A stretch of DNA of 25,883 nucleotides from Candidatus Margulisiibacteriota bacterium (GCA_034723395.1 JAYEOW010000049.1:1-25883); one strand, 5' to 3'. Positions 1 to 11,049 are shown, counted from the stretch's first letter. Numbers and translations: made by a program. The notes: generated by a model from the letters alone, not told the origin.

Positions 1-662
1 TGGATAATATATTAGCGAAAAAATTAGGAATGACCCAGATATTTGATGAAGCGGGCAATGTAGTGCCGGTTACAGTGCTGGAGGCTGGCCCTTGTGTTGT
101 TACCCAGGTGAAAACTAATGAGAACGTTGGCTACAGCGCGATCCAGGTCGGTTTCGGTAAAGCGAAAAAACTGAACAAACCGATGAAGGGGCATTTAAAA
201 GAGGCCTCTTCGGCCCATCTAAAAGAATTCAGGGTAGCTAAAACTGGCGATTATAAAGTAGGCCAGGAGATCAAGGCGGAGGTATTTAAAAAAGGTGACG
301 TGGTAACTGTTTCCGGAACAACGATCGGAAAAGGATTTGCCGGGACGATAAAACGGCATAATTTTTCCCGGGGGCCGATGAGCCACGGTTCAAAGAACCA
401 TCGCCTTCCCGGATCGATCGGCGGGGGGACCACTCCCGGCAGAGTTTTTAAAGGATTGAAAATGGCCGGACGAATGGGGAACGAGAAGGTAACCCAAACT
501 AACGTAAAAGTAGCTAAGGTTGATGGGGAAAAGAACCTTATCCTTTTAAAAGGTGCGGTCCCTGGAAAACCAGGAAACCTTTTGGTGCTCAGCATGCTTA
601 AGGCAGTCCCTCGACAGAGCTCGGGGCAGGCGCCCGAGCCAGCGAAAGAAGAGAAAAAATGA
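1..662 (+). CDS. rplC: 50S ribosomal protein L3 (5' end at window edge)
   Basis: L3 motifs GMTQIF, PVTV, GKGFAG, HGS, MAGRMG. The frame is open to base 1 (xTG-GAT-AAT-ATA-TTA-GCG-AAA-AAA-TTA-GGA-ATG = [10 protein letters not shown]), so the true start is at or before position 0 rather than 30. Confidence 0.97.
   Translation, partial: DNILAKKLGMTQIFDEAGNVVPVTVLEAGPCVVTQVKTNENVGYSAIQVGFGKAKKLNKPMKGHLKEASSAHLKEFRVAKTGDYKVGQEIKAEVFKKGDVVTVSGTTIGKGFAGTIKRHNFSRGPMSHGSKNHRLPGSIGGGTTPGRVFKGLKMAGRMGNEKVTQTNVKVAKVDGEKNLILLKGAVPGKPGNLLVLSMLKAVPRQSSGQAPEPAKEEKK
606..631. repeat. short palindromic (REP-like) element in frame within the rplC 3' tail
   Basis: GTCCCTCGACAGAGCTCGGGGCAGGC; stem CCTCGA/TCGGGG with one G-T pair; encodes VPRQSSGQA beyond the conserved L3 end. 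Confidence 0.55.
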
Positions 663-1234
663 AAGAGCTAGAAAAACTATTAGTTAAAAAACAAAATGAG
701 AATGTAGTGCATGCGGCGCTTACCTGGTATCTGGCGTCACAGCGCCGGGGTACCCATTCAACCAAGACCCGGGCGGAAGTTCGTGGCGGCGGAATTAAGC
801 CGTGGAAACAAAAGGGGACCGGGCGCGCACGCGCCGGCAGCATTCGTTCTCCACTTTGGAGAAAGGGAGGCGTAACCTTTGGCCCAAAACCGAGGAACTA
901 TGGATATAGTTTCCCAAAAAAGATGAGAAAATTGGCGATCAGGACCGCTCTTTCGGACAAGGTTAAGGGGAAAAAGATTAAAATAGTTGACGAATTAAAA
1001 CTTTCTGAAGCCAAGACCAAAGCGGCCGCAAAACTGCTTAAAGATCTTGCGGTCTCGGGAAAAGTTTTGTTTTTGCTGGGAAAAGAGAATGAAATTTTTG
1101 TTAAAGCTTCGCGAAATCTAAAAGGTGTTAAGTCACTGAACGCGAAGGAGATCAATATCTATGAGCTCCTTTTGGCCGACTGGGTAGTGATCGAGAAAAG
1201 TGCCGTTCCGGTCCTTGAGGAGGGCTTAAACTAA
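659..1234 (+). CDS. rplD: 50S ribosomal protein L4
   Basis: [36 protein letters not shown] motif; follows rplC. Confidence 0.97.
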   Translation: MKELEKLLVKKQNENVVHAALTWYLASQRRGTHSTKTRAEVRGGGIKPWKQKGTGRARAGSIRSPLWRKGGVTFGPKPRNYGYSFPKKMRKLAIRTALSDKVKGKKIKIVDELKLSEAKTKAAAKLLKDLAVSGKVLFLLGKENEIFVKASRNLKGVKSLNAKEINIYELLLADWVVIEKSAVPVLEEGLN

Positions 1235-1515
1235 TGCATCCTGAGCAGATCATAATTGAACAGGTAATAACTGAAAAGGCGGTCGGGGTAAAGATGAACT
1301 CTTGTTACGTTTTTAAGGTTCATCCAGATGCGACTAAAATTTCGATTGCCCAATCAATCGGAAAATTATTTAAAGTAGATGTGGTTTCGGTTAACACCAG
1401 CAACGTTCGGCCCAAAAGAAGGGTTCTGGGGCGATCGATAGGGAAGACCTCAAGCTGGAAAAAAGCTTATGTCACCCTTAAAAAGGGGCAGAAGATTGAG
1501 GAGTTGGAAGTATAA
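1234..1515 (+). CDS. rplW: 50S ribosomal protein L23
   Basis: [21 protein letters not shown]; synteny. Confidence 0.96.
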   Translation: MHPEQIIIEQVITEKAVGVKMNSCYVFKVHPDATKISIAQSIGKLFKVDVVSVNTSNVRPKRRVLGRSIGKTSSWKKAYVTLKKGQKIEELEV

Positions 1516-2339
1516 TGGCGCTTAAACAAAAAAGGCCGATAACTCCCGGACAAAGATTTCAGATCGCCGATGATTTCTCGGAAGTAACCAAGTTTACCCC
1601 TGAAAAGTCGTTAGTGGTCCGGATCAAGAAAAATTCCGGGCGCGATTCTCGCGGAAGGATCACCGCCCGCCACCGTGGTGGAGGGAGCAAGAAGAAGTAT
1701 CGAATTATCGATTTTAAACGGGACAAAGATATGCCGGCCAAGGTGTTGGGGATCGAATACGATCCTAACCGTAGCGCCCATATCGCCCTTTTAGAATATG
1801 AGGATAAAGAGCGAAGATATATTTTAGCCCCTTTGGGAGTAACTGTTGGTGAAACTATCGAATCGGGGACCGATGTTGATATTAAGCGGGGCAATTCGCT
1901 CCCCTTACGTAATATCCCAGTTGGGACAACTATTCATAATATAGAGTTGACTCCCGGTGCCGGCGGAAAGATGGCCCGCTCCGCAGGGACTGCGGTCATG
2001 CTGGTTGCCAAAGAGGGAGATTATGCGATTATCCAGCTCCCTTCGCGGGAACAGCGGATGGTGCACGTGACCTGCCGGGCAACGATCGGGCAGATCGGCA
2101 ATGTAGATGTTAAAAATATTTCAATCGGTAAAGCAGGAAAAAACAGGCTCCGAGGATGGCGCCCAAGAGTACGCGGTGTAGTCATGAATCCTTGTGACCA
2201 TCCGCACGGTGGTGGAGAAGGTAAGGCGCCGATCGGAAAGAAACATCCGGTTACTCCTTATGGTAAGCCGACCTTGGGTTATAAGACCAGGAAACCGCGC
2301 CGGCGCAGCGACCGATTTATCTTGGCGAGGAGGAAATAA
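1515..2339 (+). CDS. rplB: 50S ribosomal protein L2
   Basis: [32 protein letters not shown]. Confidence 0.98.
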   Translation: MALKQKRPITPGQRFQIADDFSEVTKFTPEKSLVVRIKKNSGRDSRGRITARHRGGGSKKKYRIIDFKRDKDMPAKVLGIEYDPNRSAHIALLEYEDKERRYILAPLGVTVGETIESGTDVDIKRGNSLPLRNIPVGTTIHNIELTPGAGGKMARSAGTAVMLVAKEGDYAIIQLPSREQRMVHVTCRATIGQIGNVDVKNISIGKAGKNRLRGWRPRVRGVVMNPCDHPHGGGEGKAPIGKKHPVTPYGKPTLGYKTRKPRRRSDRFILARRK

Positions 2340-2624
2340 ATGGGACGTTCATTACATAAAGGACCGTTCATAGATGAAAAACTGCTCAAGAAAGTGCAGA
2401 AAATGGAGGCGTCGGGGAAGAAGACCGTAATTAAAACTTGGGCAAGAGCTTCAACTATAATTCCGGATATGATCGGCTATACGTTTGCGGTCCATAATGG
2501 GAACAAACACATTCCGGTATATATTACAGAGAATATGGTCGGACATAAATTGGGAGAGTTTGCCCACACCCGCCACTTTAGGGGGCATAGCTCACCGACC
2601 GATAAGACAACAGCATTAACATGA
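2340..2624 (+). CDS. rpsS: 30S ribosomal protein S19
   Basis: [28 protein letters not shown]. Confidence 0.97.
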   Translation: MGRSLHKGPFIDEKLLKKVQKMEASGKKTVIKTWARASTIIPDMIGYTFAVHNGNKHIPVYITENMVGHKLGEFAHTRHFRGHSSPTDKTTALT

Positions 2625-2959
2625 GCGAAGTAAAAGCAAAATCAAAATGGGTTAAGATTGCTCCTCGAAAATTGGATCGAGTAGTAAGGGCGGTGCGCGG
2701 GATGATGGCCTTAAAGGCGATCGACACGCTCAAGTTTATGCCGCAAAAAGGCGCCCGGATACTGGAAAAAGTGATCAAATCCGCGGTAGCGAACGCCAAA
2801 AATAATTTTAAAATGGCGGAAGAATCGTTAGAGATCTCGCACGCATTTGTGACCAAAGGGATCAAAATGAAAAGATGGCAGCCGCGAGCACGGGGGCGCA
2901 TCTTCCCGATTCAAAAAAGAACCAGTCATATTACGGTTTTGGTTAAGGAGGTAACTTAA
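2621..2959 (+). CDS. rplV: 50S ribosomal protein L22
   Basis: [25 protein letters not shown]. Confidence 0.97.
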   Translation: MSEVKAKSKWVKIAPRKLDRVVRAVRGMMALKAIDTLKFMPQKGARILEKVIKSAVANAKNNFKMAEESLEISHAFVTKGIKMKRWQPRARGRIFPIQKRTSHITVLVKEVT

Positions 2960-3645
2960 TGGGGCAGAAGATACATCCCAAGGGTTTGCGCATCGGGGTT
3001 ATCGAAGAGTGGGATAGTTTTTGGTTCGCCAGCGATGCGGAATACGGGAAATATTTAGTGGAAGACGTAAAGTTGCGGAAATTTTTAAAAGAGCATTTAT
3101 ACAAAGCCGGGATTTCGCGGATCTTTATCGGACGAAAAGCTAGCCAGATCGAAATAACCATTCATACCGCCCGTCCCGGACTGATCATCGGGAAAGGTGG
3201 TAAAGAGGTTTCTGCCATTCGTGAGAAATTGATGAGGATGACCGGCAAACAGATCCAGTTAAATGTTAAGGAAGAGTCGGTCCCTGAAGCATGTGCGGTA
3301 TTAGTTGCCGAATATATTGCTTCCCAGCTTGAGAGAAGGATCTCTTACCGCCGGGCGATGAAACAGGCGGTTTCAAAGGTGCTGCGCGCCGGAGGCCAGG
3401 GGGTAAAGATCATGTGTGGCGGCCGGTTGGGTGGTTCAGAAATTGCGCGAAAAGAGAAGTACCGTGTAGGTAAGGTCCCGTTGCAGACATTGCGGGCCAA
3501 GATCGATTACGGCTTTGCCGAAGCGATGACCCTTTACGGGAAGATCGGCGTTAAAGTCTGGATCTATAAAGGGGAAGTATTAAGGGCAAAGGTTAGAGCA
3601 AAAGCTGAGGAGCCCTCCGCGGCTAAAGCTTCGGAGGATAAATAA
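2959..3645 (+). CDS. rpsC: 30S ribosomal protein S3
   Basis: [54 protein letters not shown]. Confidence 0.98.
   Translation: MGQKIHPKGLRIGVIEEWDSFWFASDAEYGKYLVEDVKLRKFLKEHLYKAGISRIFIGRKASQIEITIHTARPGLIIGKGGKEVSAIREKLMRMTGKQIQLNVKEESVPEACAVLVAEYIASQLERRISYRRAMKQAVSKVLRAGGQGVKIMCGGRLGGSEIARKEKYRVGKVPLQTLRAKIDYGFAEAMTLYGKIGVKVWIYKGEVLRAKVRAKAEEPSAAKASEDK
3613..3642. repeat. short palindromic (REP-like) element in frame within the rpsC 3' tail
   Basis: CCTCCG(3614-19)-CG-GCT-AA-AGC-TT-CGGAGG(3632-37) hairpin encoding [10 protein letters not shown]; related copy at 14404-14428. Confidence 0.6.
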
Positions 3646-4055
3646 TGGCATTGACCCCTAAAAAAACAAAATTTAGGAAACATCAGCGGATGCGGCTGCG
3701 TGGTAAGGCGACCTGTGGAGCATCGTTACAGCTTGGTGAATACGGCTTGCAGTCATTGGAGTGCTACCACCTGACTGTAAACCAGATCGAAGCGGCCCGA
3801 AAAGCGCTTACTCACCATCTTAAACGCGGCGGCAAGGTTTGGGTTCGTGCCTTTGCCGATAAGATCAAGACCGCGCGCGCTGCCGAAACCCGGATGGGTG
3901 GAGGCAAAGGAGCCCCGGAGGCTTTCGTTGCGCCGGTAAGAAGGGGGCATATGATATTTGAGATCGCCGGTATTCCATTGCCGATTGCAAAAGAGGCCTT
4001 GCGCCTGGCGAGCCATAAATTGCCGGTCGAAACCCGGTTTGTGGTGAAGGGGTAA
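3645..4055 (+). CDS. rplP: 50S ribosomal protein L16
   Basis: PKKTKFRK, QIEAAR, GGKVW, ETRMGGGKG, HKLP. Confidence 0.97.
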   Translation: MALTPKKTKFRKHQRMRLRGKATCGASLQLGEYGLQSLECYHLTVNQIEAARKALTHHLKRGGKVWVRAFADKIKTARAAETRMGGGKGAPEAFVAPVRRGHMIFEIAGIPLPIAKEALRLASHKLPVETRFVVKG

Positions 4056-4057
4056 TT

Positions 4058-4249
4058 ATGAAGACATCAGAATTAAGAGAATTAACGGTTGATGAGTTAA
4101 ATAAGAAGGCGGATGAGCTGAGAAGGGAGCTTCTCTCGGCGAGGATCGCGAAGACTAACCAGCAGCTTAAGAACCCGCTGAAGCTTCGTGAACTAAGAAG
4201 AGGGATTGCCCGGGTTTTAACGATTGTTCATGAGAAAGGAGCGAAGTGA
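4058..4249 (+). CDS. rpmC: 50S ribosomal protein L29
   Basis: ELREL...[17 protein letters not shown]; synteny. Confidence 0.95.
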   Translation: MKTSELRELTVDELNKKADELRRELLSARIAKTNQQLKNPLKLRELRRGIARVLTIVHEKGAK

Positions 4250-4250
4250 A

Positions 4251-4613
4251 GTGGAACGCTTAAAAAGAAAAACCAGAAAGGGGACCGTGGTCAGCGATAA
4301 AATGGAAAAGACTATTGTGGTTGAGATCCAACGCACTTACTCGCATCCTTTTTATGGAAAAGTTGTCCGTATGACCAATAAGTTAAAGGCGCATGATGAG
4401 AAGAATGAAGGTAAGATTGGAGACCTGGTCGAGATCATGGAGACCCGACCGATCTCCAAAGATAAGAGATGGCGATTGGTAAAGATTCTGGGCAAAACCA
4501 AGGTAAAAGTACAAGACCTTCCCAAGCCGATCAGGAAAGCTGAGGAAGACCTCGTCCCGAAGGACGTCGGTCCGAGGGAAGAAAAAGTCGCAAGTGAAGG
4601 AGAGCAAAAGTGA
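4251..4613 (+). CDS. rpsQ: 30S ribosomal protein S17 with C-terminal extension
   Basis: [35 protein letters not shown]. Start placed at GTG 4251 behind AGGAG (4237-41), rather than the ORF-track start at 4224. Confidence 0.95.
   Translation: MERLKRKTRKGTVVSDKMEKTIVVEIQRTYSHPFYGKVVRMTNKLKAHDEKNEGKIGDLVEIMETRPISKDKRWRLVKILGKTKVKVQDLPKPIRKAEEDLVPKDVGPREEKVASEGEQK
4550..4577. repeat. short palindromic element in frame within the rpsQ 3' extension
   Basis: CCTCG-TC-CCGA-AGGACG-TCGG-TC-CGAGG interrupted hairpin, encodes LVPKDVGPR. Confidence 0.45.
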
Positions 4614-4978
4614 TTCAACCGCAAAGCTTGTTGAACGTCGCCGATAATTCCGGCGCAAAATCGGTCATGTGTATCCGGGTCATGGGAGGAGGCAACCGTA
4701 AGTTTGCCGGGGTCGGTGATATCATTGTTGGAGTAGTAAAATCAGCTATTCCGGGGATGACGGTTAAAAGGAGCGAGGTTGTCCATGGAGTGATCGTACG
4801 CGGCCGCAAACCGCTCCGCCGCAAAGACGGTTCCTACGTTACTTTTGATGATAATGCGGTCGTAGTCATAACCAAGGAGAGGAACCCCCGCGGGACCCGC
4901 GTTTTTGGGCCGGTTGCGAGGGAATTGCGCGAAAAAGATTTTATGAAGATAATTTCTCTAGCGCCTGAGGTAGTATAA
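4610..4978 (+). CDS. rplN: 50S ribosomal protein L14
   Basis: [42 protein letters not shown] start overlapping the rpsQ TGA. Confidence 0.98.
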   Translation: MIQPQSLLNVADNSGAKSVMCIRVMGGGNRKFAGVGDIIVGVVKSAIPGMTVKRSEVVHGVIVRGRKPLRRKDGSYVTFDDNAVVVITKERNPRGTRVFGPVARELREKDFMKIISLAPEVV

Positions 4979-5287
4979 ATGAAAAAGATCAAAATAAAAA
5001 AAGGTGATACGGTTATCGTTATTGCCGGAAAAGATAAAGGTAAAAAGGGTAAAGTCCTGGAAGCCCTCCCAAATGAGGGAAAGGTTATCGTTGAAAGGGT
5101 AAATGTGGTAAAGAGGCATCAGCGTGCCACCCGCGATTTCCAGGGGGGGATCATTGAAAAGCCCCTGGCGATGAATGTCTCAAAGCTAATGCTGGTATGC
5201 GCGCGCTGCAGCGAGCCGACTCGCGTTAGGAAGAGTAATAAATCCCGTGTCTGCGCAAAATGCGGCGAAGTGGTAGATAAGGTATAA
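4979..5287 (+). CDS. rplX: 50S ribosomal protein L24 (CxxC...CxxC form)
   Basis: KOW motif [22 protein letters not shown] and CAKC. Confidence 0.97.
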   Translation: MKKIKIKKGDTVIVIAGKDKGKKGKVLEALPNEGKVIVERVNVVKRHQRATRDFQGGIIEKPLAMNVSKLMLVCARCSEPTRVRKSNKSRVCAKCGEVVDKV

Positions 5288-5288
5288 A

Positions 5289-5795
5289 ATGGATAGGAAA
5301 GAAGATAAATCAAAAAATCCGATGACAGTTGCCAAACTAAAAAAGATTGTGATTAACCGCGGGGTTGGAGAGGCGCGCGAAAATTCCAAGGCGATTGATG
5401 TGTCAGCTAAGGAACTTATGGAAATCACCGGCCAAAAACCGTTAATGATCAAAGCAAAAAAAGCGATCGCGAATTTTAAACTTAGGGGTGGCTTGGGGAT
5501 CGGGCTTAAAGTAACCTTGCGCGGGAAACGGATGAACGATTTTATGGCCAAGTTAGTGAAAATTTGCCTGCCTAAGATCCGGGATTTTAAAGGGGTAAAC
5601 CCTAAATCGTTCGATGGACGGGGGAATTATTCCCTGGGTGTTAAGGAGCAGCTGATTTTCCCTGAAACGAATTATGAAAAGATCGACCGGGTCCGGGGGA
5701 TGGACATCACGTTTGTGACTTCGGCAGAGAGCAACCAAAAAGCGAGAGAGCTTTTGGAAAGTTTAGGAATGCCTTTCAAAAAGGAAGAGGTTTAA
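5289..5795 (+). CDS. rplE: 50S ribosomal protein L5
   Basis: [43 protein letters not shown]. Confidence 0.97.
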   Translation: MDRKEDKSKNPMTVAKLKKIVINRGVGEARENSKAIDVSAKELMEITGQKPLMIKAKKAIANFKLRGGLGIGLKVTLRGKRMNDFMAKLVKICLPKIRDFKGVNPKSFDGRGNYSLGVKEQLIFPETNYEKIDRVRGMDITFVTSAESNQKARELLESLGMPFKKEEV

Positions 5796-5797
5796 TA

Positions 5798-5983
5798 ATG
5801 GCAAAGAAAGCTTGGTTGGAAAGATTAAAAAGAGAGCCGAAATATGAGACCCGGCGTGTGAACCGCTGCAGTATCTGCGGGCGCGCGCGCAGTTATATAC
5901 GAAAATTTGGACTTTGTCGAATCTGCTTCAGAAAGTTAGCTCATAATGGCCAGCTTCCTGGAGTAACTAAATCGAGCTGGTAA
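5798..5983 (+). CDS. rpsN: 30S ribosomal protein S14 (short Zn-binding type Z)
   Basis: 61 aa; RCSICGR...LCRICFR; GVTKSSW. Confidence 0.97.
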   Translation: MAKKAWLERLKREPKYETRRVNRCSICGRARSYIRKFGLCRICFRKLAHNGQLPGVTKSSW

Positions 5984-5999
5984 CAGTAAGGAGGGTAAA

Positions 6000-6392
6000 A
6001 TGAATGATCCGATCGCGGACATGCTGAGCAGGATTAAAAATGGGATGAATGCCCGTTTGGATGCGGTTGATATCCCGCATTCAAATATCAAGGAGGAGAT
6101 CGCGCGTCTTTTTACCTCCGAAGGTTATGTCGCAAAATATGATGTTATGCAGAAGATGGATAAAAAATTTGTCCGCGTAACTTTAAAATATAAGCAGGAT
6201 AAAACCGGGCTGATCGCCGGGTTGAAGCGGGTCAGCAAGGCGGGGAGAAGGGTGTATGTAGATGTTAACGCTATCCCAAAAGTACAGGCTGGTTTTGGAA
6301 CGGCAATCTTATCTACATCTAACGGGATTATGACCGATGAAGAAGCAAGGGAAAAGAAGGTTGGCGGAGAGGTCCTCTGCCATATCTGGTGA
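6000..6392 (+). CDS. rpsH: 30S ribosomal protein S8
   Basis: DPIADMLSRIKN, EGY, RVSKAGRRVY, STSNG, VGGEVLC; SD AGGAGG upstream. Confidence 0.97.
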   Translation: MNDPIADMLSRIKNGMNARLDAVDIPHSNIKEEIARLFTSEGYVAKYDVMQKMDKKFVRVTLKYKQDKTGLIAGLKRVSKAGRRVYVDVNAIPKVQAGFGTAILSTSNGIMTDEEAREKKVGGEVLCHIW

Positions 6393-6398
6393 TCAATT

Positions 6399-6947
6399 AT
6401 GGGTAGAATAGGAAAAAGAATTATAGAGATACCAAAAGGGGTCGAGGTAAAAATTGACCATGGAACGGTCCAGGTAAAAGGTCCCAAGGGGGTCCTTACC
6501 CAGGATTATAATCTGGCGATCAAGCTTGAATTAAAAGACGGCAAGCTCCAGGCCCTTTGTGGGTCGAGAGATCCAAAAGTTGCCGCTTTGCAGGGTTTAT
6601 ACAACAGCTTGATCCAGAATATGGTTGATGGTGTAACTAAGGGATTTGAAAAAGACTTGGAAATGATCGGGGTTGGTTATCGCGCCAGCAAGCAAGGGAA
6701 AAACCTTCAGATATTGATCGGATATTCCCATCCGGTTATTGTTGAGCCTCCGGAAGGGGTTGAGCTTGAGGTCCAGGGTACAAATAAAATTAAAGTAAAA
6801 GGGATTGATAAGCAGGTAGTAGGAGAGATTGCGGCTGAGATCCGAAGAATTAGAGAGGTCGAGCCATACAAAGGGAAAGGGGTCCGCTATGTTGGGGAGA
6901 AAGTCAGGAAAAAAGCTGGTAAAGCGGCTAAAGCGGCAGGAGCTTAA
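6399..6947 (+). CDS. rplF: 50S ribosomal protein L6
   Basis: [33 protein letters not shown]. Confidence 0.97.
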   Translation: MGRIGKRIIEIPKGVEVKIDHGTVQVKGPKGVLTQDYNLAIKLELKDGKLQALCGSRDPKVAALQGLYNSLIQNMVDGVTKGFEKDLEMIGVGYRASKQGKNLQILIGYSHPVIVEPPEGVELEVQGTNKIKVKGIDKQVVGEIAAEIRRIREVEPYKGKGVRYVGEKVRKKAGKAAKAAGA

Positions 6948-6949
6948 TT

Positions 6950-7264
6950 ATGCGTAGAAGACCAAAAAGGAAAATAATCGGGACTAAAGAGAGGCCAAGA
7001 CTTTCGGTTTTTAGGAGTTCGAACAATATCCATGCCCAGATTGTTAATGATCTGGAAGGGAAGACTTTGGCCTCCGCTTCAAGCTTGAAAATGAAGAAAG
7101 GGAGCGGAAATGTTAACGGGGCCAAAGAGGTTGGTAAAGAAATAGCTAGAAATGCCGTCGCCAAAGGGGTAAAAAAAGTGGTTTTTGACCGTGGTAAATT
7201 TAAATATCATGGAAGGATAAAGGCCTTAGCAGATTCTGCTAGAGAAGGAGGACTAGATTTTTGA
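6950..7264 (+). CDS. rplR: 50S ribosomal protein L18
   Basis: [33 protein letters not shown]. Confidence 0.97.
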   Translation: MRRRPKRKIIGTKERPRLSVFRSSNNIHAQIVNDLEGKTLASASSLKMKKGSGNVNGAKEVGKEIARNAVAKGVKKVVFDRGKFKYHGRIKALADSAREGGLDF

Positions 7265-7785
7265 GAGGTAGAAGACAAGATTATCGCAGCGAACAGGATA
7301 AAGAATTCAAAGAAAAGGTGGTACAGATCCGCCGGGTTACCAAGGTTGTCAAAGGTGGTAAGAAGATGGGCTTTAGGGCAGTCGTTGTGGTGGGAGATAT
7401 GAAATCACGGGTTGGCCTCGGCCTTGGAAAAGCGTCCGAAGTAGCAGCCGCGATCCGTAAGGGTGTAGAAGCGGCCAAAAGGGACCTTATTGAGGTCCAT
7501 CAGGTGGCCGGGACCCTTCCGCACGACATTCTCGGACAGTTCGGCGCCGGACGCGTATTTTTACGCGCCGCTCCCCGAGGGACCGGCGTTATCGCCGGAG
7601 GCGCGGTAAGAACCGTATTAGAACTTTGTGGATTAAAAAATGTGGTCGCAAAGTCGATCGGCTCCAGCAGCGCGATCAATGTCGCGCGCGCTACTTTGAA
7701 CGCGCTCAAATCATTGAAAAACCTGGAGAAACAGAAAGTATTAAGAGGGAAGGATATAAGGGTTCAATATGTTGAAGTTGAATGA
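7261..7785 (+). CDS. rpsE: 30S ribosomal protein S5
   Basis: [31 protein letters not shown] start overlapping the rplR stop, GGAGG upstream. Confidence 0.97.
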   Translation: MRGRRQDYRSEQDKEFKEKVVQIRRVTKVVKGGKKMGFRAVVVVGDMKSRVGLGLGKASEVAAAIRKGVEAAKRDLIEVHQVAGTLPHDILGQFGAGRVFLRAAPRGTGVIAGGAVRTVLELCGLKNVVAKSIGSSSAINVARATLNALKSLKNLEKQKVLRGKDIRVQYVEVE

Positions 7786-8185
7786 TCTAAAACCGAATAA
7801 GGGGTCCAAGAAAAATAAAAAGCGTGTGGCGCGCGGGACGAGTTCCGGTTGGGGCAAGACTGCCGGCCGCGGGCATAAGGGGCAAAAGAGCCGCAGCGGC
7901 GGGACCAAGGGGATTCGCTTTGAAGGTGGTCAGACCCCGCTTTACCGGAGGCTTCCTAAAAGAGGTTTCAAGAACTATCCGTTCAGGAAAGAGTATATAA
8001 TTGTGAATGTTTCCCAGTTGAATAAGCTTGACGGCGAAGTGAGCAAAGAGAGCTTAAAGATCAGCGGGCTTTTAAAGATCTTAGGTGATGGAGAGATAAG
8101 TAAAGCGATCACAGTTAAGGCCGATAAGTTTTCAAAGACCGCAAAAAAGAAAATCGAGGCAGCAGGTGGTAAATGTATAACGTAA
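7769..8185 (+). CDS. rplO: 50S ribosomal protein L15
   Basis: [40 protein letters not shown]. Confidence 0.97.
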   Translation: MLKLNDLKPNKGSKKNKKRVARGTSSGWGKTAGRGHKGQKSRSGGTKGIRFEGGQTPLYRRLPKRGFKNYPFRKEYIIVNVSQLNKLDGEVSKESLKISGLLKILGDGEISKAITVKADKFSKTAKKKIEAAGGKCIT

Positions 8186-9435
8186 TCTCCGGAATATTTA
8201 ATATTAAGGACCTGCGTAAAAAAATCCTCTTTACCCTGGGGATGGTGGTCCTTTTCAGGTTAGGAGCGCATATCCCGGTTGCCGGGATTGACACAGTTAA
8301 AATGGCCTCCCTTTTTGGTCGTGGTAATATTTTAGGCTTCCTTGACCTATTCACTGGAGGGGCGCTGATGCGTTTCTCCCTATTTGCCATGGGGATCGTG
8401 CCTTTTATCAACGCTTCAATTATCATGCAGCTTCTAACTGTGGTGATCCCTCACCTGGAAGAGCTTTCAAAAGAGGGGGATGCGGGGCGTAAACAGATCG
8501 CAAAATATACCCGGTATCTAACCGTGGTTTTAGCCTTGTTCCAATCTTTTGGGATGGCTTTCTGGCTGCGCGGAGTTATGCTCGAAGACTATAGCTTCCC
8601 GCTGTTTTTGGCAGGGACAGTTATTGCGTTAACCGCGGGAACGACGATGGTTATGTGGTTCTCTGAGTTGATCACCGAGAACGGGATCGGCAACGGAGCG
8701 TCGCTCTTGATCTTTGTTGGTATTATCGCCCGTATCCCGGCCTATATCGGACAAACCGTAACATTAGTTCGCGGTGGGGCGTCGATCATTGGGGTGGGGA
8801 TCCTGCTCCTGGCCTTTTTGGCCTTGATTGTTGGTATAGTTATCATTCAAGAGGGACAGCGTCGTATCCAGGTCCAATACGCAAAGCGGGTAGTCGGCCG
8901 GAAGATGTACGGTGGCCAATCGACTTACATCCCGCTTAGAGTGAACCAGGGCGGGGTTATTCCGATCATTTTTGCTTCATCGGTACTCCTTTTCCCGGCG
9001 ACGATTGCCCAGTTTATTCCGAACTCGTTCTTCCAGAAAGTGGTGGGATTGCTGTCGCCCGGCGGATCACTTTATATGTTGTTCTTTTTCCTTTTAATAT
9101 TTTTCTTTACCTATTTTTATACGGCGATCACCTTCAATCCGAAAGAGCTGGCGGAAAATATTAAAAAGTACGGCGGTTTTATTATGGGGATCCGCCCCGG
9201 AAGGCCGACCGCCCAGTATCTAGAATATGTAATTAGCCGGCTGACCCTGGTCGGCGCATTATTCTTGGCATGTATCGCGATTATTCCGACGCTAGTGGAA
9301 AATCTGACCCGTATCACCTCTTTTCAAGGCTTAGGTGGAACGGCGCTTCTAATTATGGTTGGAGTAGCGATGGATCTGGTAAGACAGATCGAAACGCACC
9401 TTGTGACCAGGCAATATGAAGGATTATTAGCATGA
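8173..9435 (+). CDS. secY: preprotein translocase subunit SecY
   Basis: Many hydrophobic segments; [49 protein letters not shown]. Confidence 0.98.
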   Translation: MYNVISGIFNIKDLRKKILFTLGMVVLFRLGAHIPVAGIDTVKMASLFGRGNILGFLDLFTGGALMRFSLFAMGIVPFINASIIMQLLTVVIPHLEELSKEGDAGRKQIAKYTRYLTVVLALFQSFGMAFWLRGVMLEDYSFPLFLAGTVIALTAGTTMVMWFSELITENGIGNGASLLIFVGIIARIPAYIGQTVTLVRGGASIIGVGILLLAFLALIVGIVIIQEGQRRIQVQYAKRVVGRKMYGGQSTYIPLRVNQGGVIPIIFASSVLLFPATIAQFIPNSFFQKVVGLLSPGGSLYMLFFFLLIFFFTYFYTAITFNPKELAENIKKYGGFIMGIRPGRPTAQYLEYVISRLTLVGALFLACIAIIPTLVENLTRITSFQGLGGTALLIMVGVAMDLVRQIETHLVTRQYEGLLA

Positions 9436-10082
9436 TATTAGTTTTTCTCGGTCCTCCAGGATCAGGAAAGGGAACCCAGGCCAAGAATCTTGCCGAAAAG
9501 CATAGCCTTCCGCATATATCTCTAGGAGATATATTGCGGGAAGAGGTCAGGAAAGGATCTGAGATCGGCAAGAGGGCGAAAGAGCTGATGAACGCGGGAA
9601 GATTGGTCCCGGATGAATTGACCATCGAGTTGACCCGGCAGAGAGTTGCCCAGCCGGATTGCAAAAATGGCTTTATCCTCGATGGATTCCCGAGATCTGA
9701 TATCCAGGCCGAGGCGCTGGATAAGATATTCGAAGAACAAAAATTAAACCTTGATAAAGTTGTTTATTTTGATGTTTCTGAGGATCTGGTAGTCGAAAGA
9801 CTATCCGGGCGCAGAAGCTGCAAGGCGTGCGGCGCGGTTTATCACGTTAAGTTTAAACTTCCAAAAACAGAGGGTAAATGTGATGCCTGCGGCGGCGATC
9901 TTTACCAGCGGAAAGATGATGAAGAGTCATCGGTCAGGACCCGGTTTGAGGTCTACCAGAAGCAGACCAAGCCTTTGATTGATCTTTATCAATCGAAGCA
10001 GAAATTAGTCAGTATCGATGCCGGACAGGGGATCCGTCAGGTGTTTACGTCCCTAGAGAATGTGCTCGGGCATGCAAAGTAA
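9432..10082 (+). CDS. adk: adenylate kinase (Zn-lid type)
   Basis: P-loop GPPGSGKGTQ, GFILDGFPR, lid CKAC...CDAC, QRKDD. Confidence 0.97.
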   Translation: MILVFLGPPGSGKGTQAKNLAEKHSLPHISLGDILREEVRKGSEIGKRAKELMNAGRLVPDELTIELTRQRVAQPDCKNGFILDGFPRSDIQAEALDKIFEEQKLNLDKVVYFDVSEDLVVERLSGRRSCKACGAVYHVKFKLPKTEGKCDACGGDLYQRKDDEESSVRTRFEVYQKQTKPLIDLYQSKQKLVSIDAGQGIRQVFTSLENVLGHAK

Positions 10083-10797
10083 GAATAAAAAAGCGTGCGC
10101 GATTGCCGGCTCTGCCTTAAAAAAGGTCGGCAAAGCGATAAAAGTCGGCATGACGACTAAGGACCTTGATAATCTGGCGGAAAAGTTGATCAGAGAGGCG
10201 GGGGCGATCCCGGTATTTATCGGATACCGCGGTTATAAGCACGCGACCTGCATCTCAATTAATGAAGAGATTGTCCACGGTATCCCGGGAAAACGGGTGA
10301 TCCAAGAGGGAGACCTCGTTTCGGTGGATGTCGGAGCTAAGATCGACGGTTACTGCGGAGATACGGCGGCAACTTTTCCGGTCGGGAAGATGACGAAAAC
10401 TGCTACTAAGCTGCTGCGGGCCGGGAAAGAGGCGCTGAGAGCAGGGATCAAGCAGGCCAGAGCGGGGAATCACCTGGGTGATATTTCTGCTGCGGTCGAG
10501 CGGGTGGCAAAAGAAAGAGGTTTTTCTGTCGTCCGTGATCTTTACGGGCACGGGATCGGGAAAGAGCTTCACGAAGATCCGCTTATCCCGAATTTTGGAA
10601 ATCCGGGCGAGGGGATAAAACTAAAAGAGGGAATGACTTTAGCGATCGAGCCGATGTTAAATGTTGGCGGTTGGAAGATAAGGACCTTAAGCGATGGATG
10701 GACAGTAATTACCGCTGATAAGAGTTTATCCACCCATTTTGAGCATACCATTCTAATTACGGAAGGTGAGCCAGAGATCCTGACTCAGGTTCGGTAA
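10072..10797 (+). CDS. map: type I methionine aminopeptidase
   Basis: CISINEEIVHGIP, DVG, GDTA, GHGIG, HEDP, AIEPM, HFEHT. Start is uncertain (ATG 10072 or 10060). Confidence 0.95.
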   Translation: MQSKNKKACAIAGSALKKVGKAIKVGMTTKDLDNLAEKLIREAGAIPVFIGYRGYKHATCISINEEIVHGIPGKRVIQEGDLVSVDVGAKIDGYCGDTAATFPVGKMTKTATKLLRAGKEALRAGIKQARAGNHLGDISAAVERVAKERGFSVVRDLYGHGIGKELHEDPLIPNFGNPGEGIKLKEGMTLAIEPMLNVGGWKIRTLSDGWTVITADKSLSTHFEHTILITEGEPEILTQVR

Positions 10798-10806
10798 TAA
10801 ATAATT

Positions 10807-11049
10807 ATGGTTAAAGATAAAGATGTAATTGAATTTGAAGGTGAGGTAACCGAGGCGCTGCCGAATGCGCTCTTTCGGATAAAACTTGAGACAGGGCAGA
10901 TGGTTTTGGCCCATGTTTCAGGGAAGATCCGGAAGCATTGGATCAGGATCCTGCCGGGGGACCATGTGAAAGTTGAGCTTTCACCATATGACCTTACTCG
11001 GGGGAGAATAACCTATCGGCTTCCCCCCAATAAAAGGAGAACAGCTTAA
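10807..11049 (+). CDS. infA: translation initiation factor IF-1
   Basis: [38 protein letters not shown]. Confidence 0.97.
   Translation: MVKDKDVIEFEGEVTEALPNALFRIKLETGQMVLAHVSGKIRKHWIRILPGDHVKVELSPYDLTRGRITYRLPPNKRRTA

Noticed and set aside
7760..7790. Unannotated rpmD (L30) between rpsE and rplO
   Set aside because: The two genes overlap by 17 nt, leaving no room.
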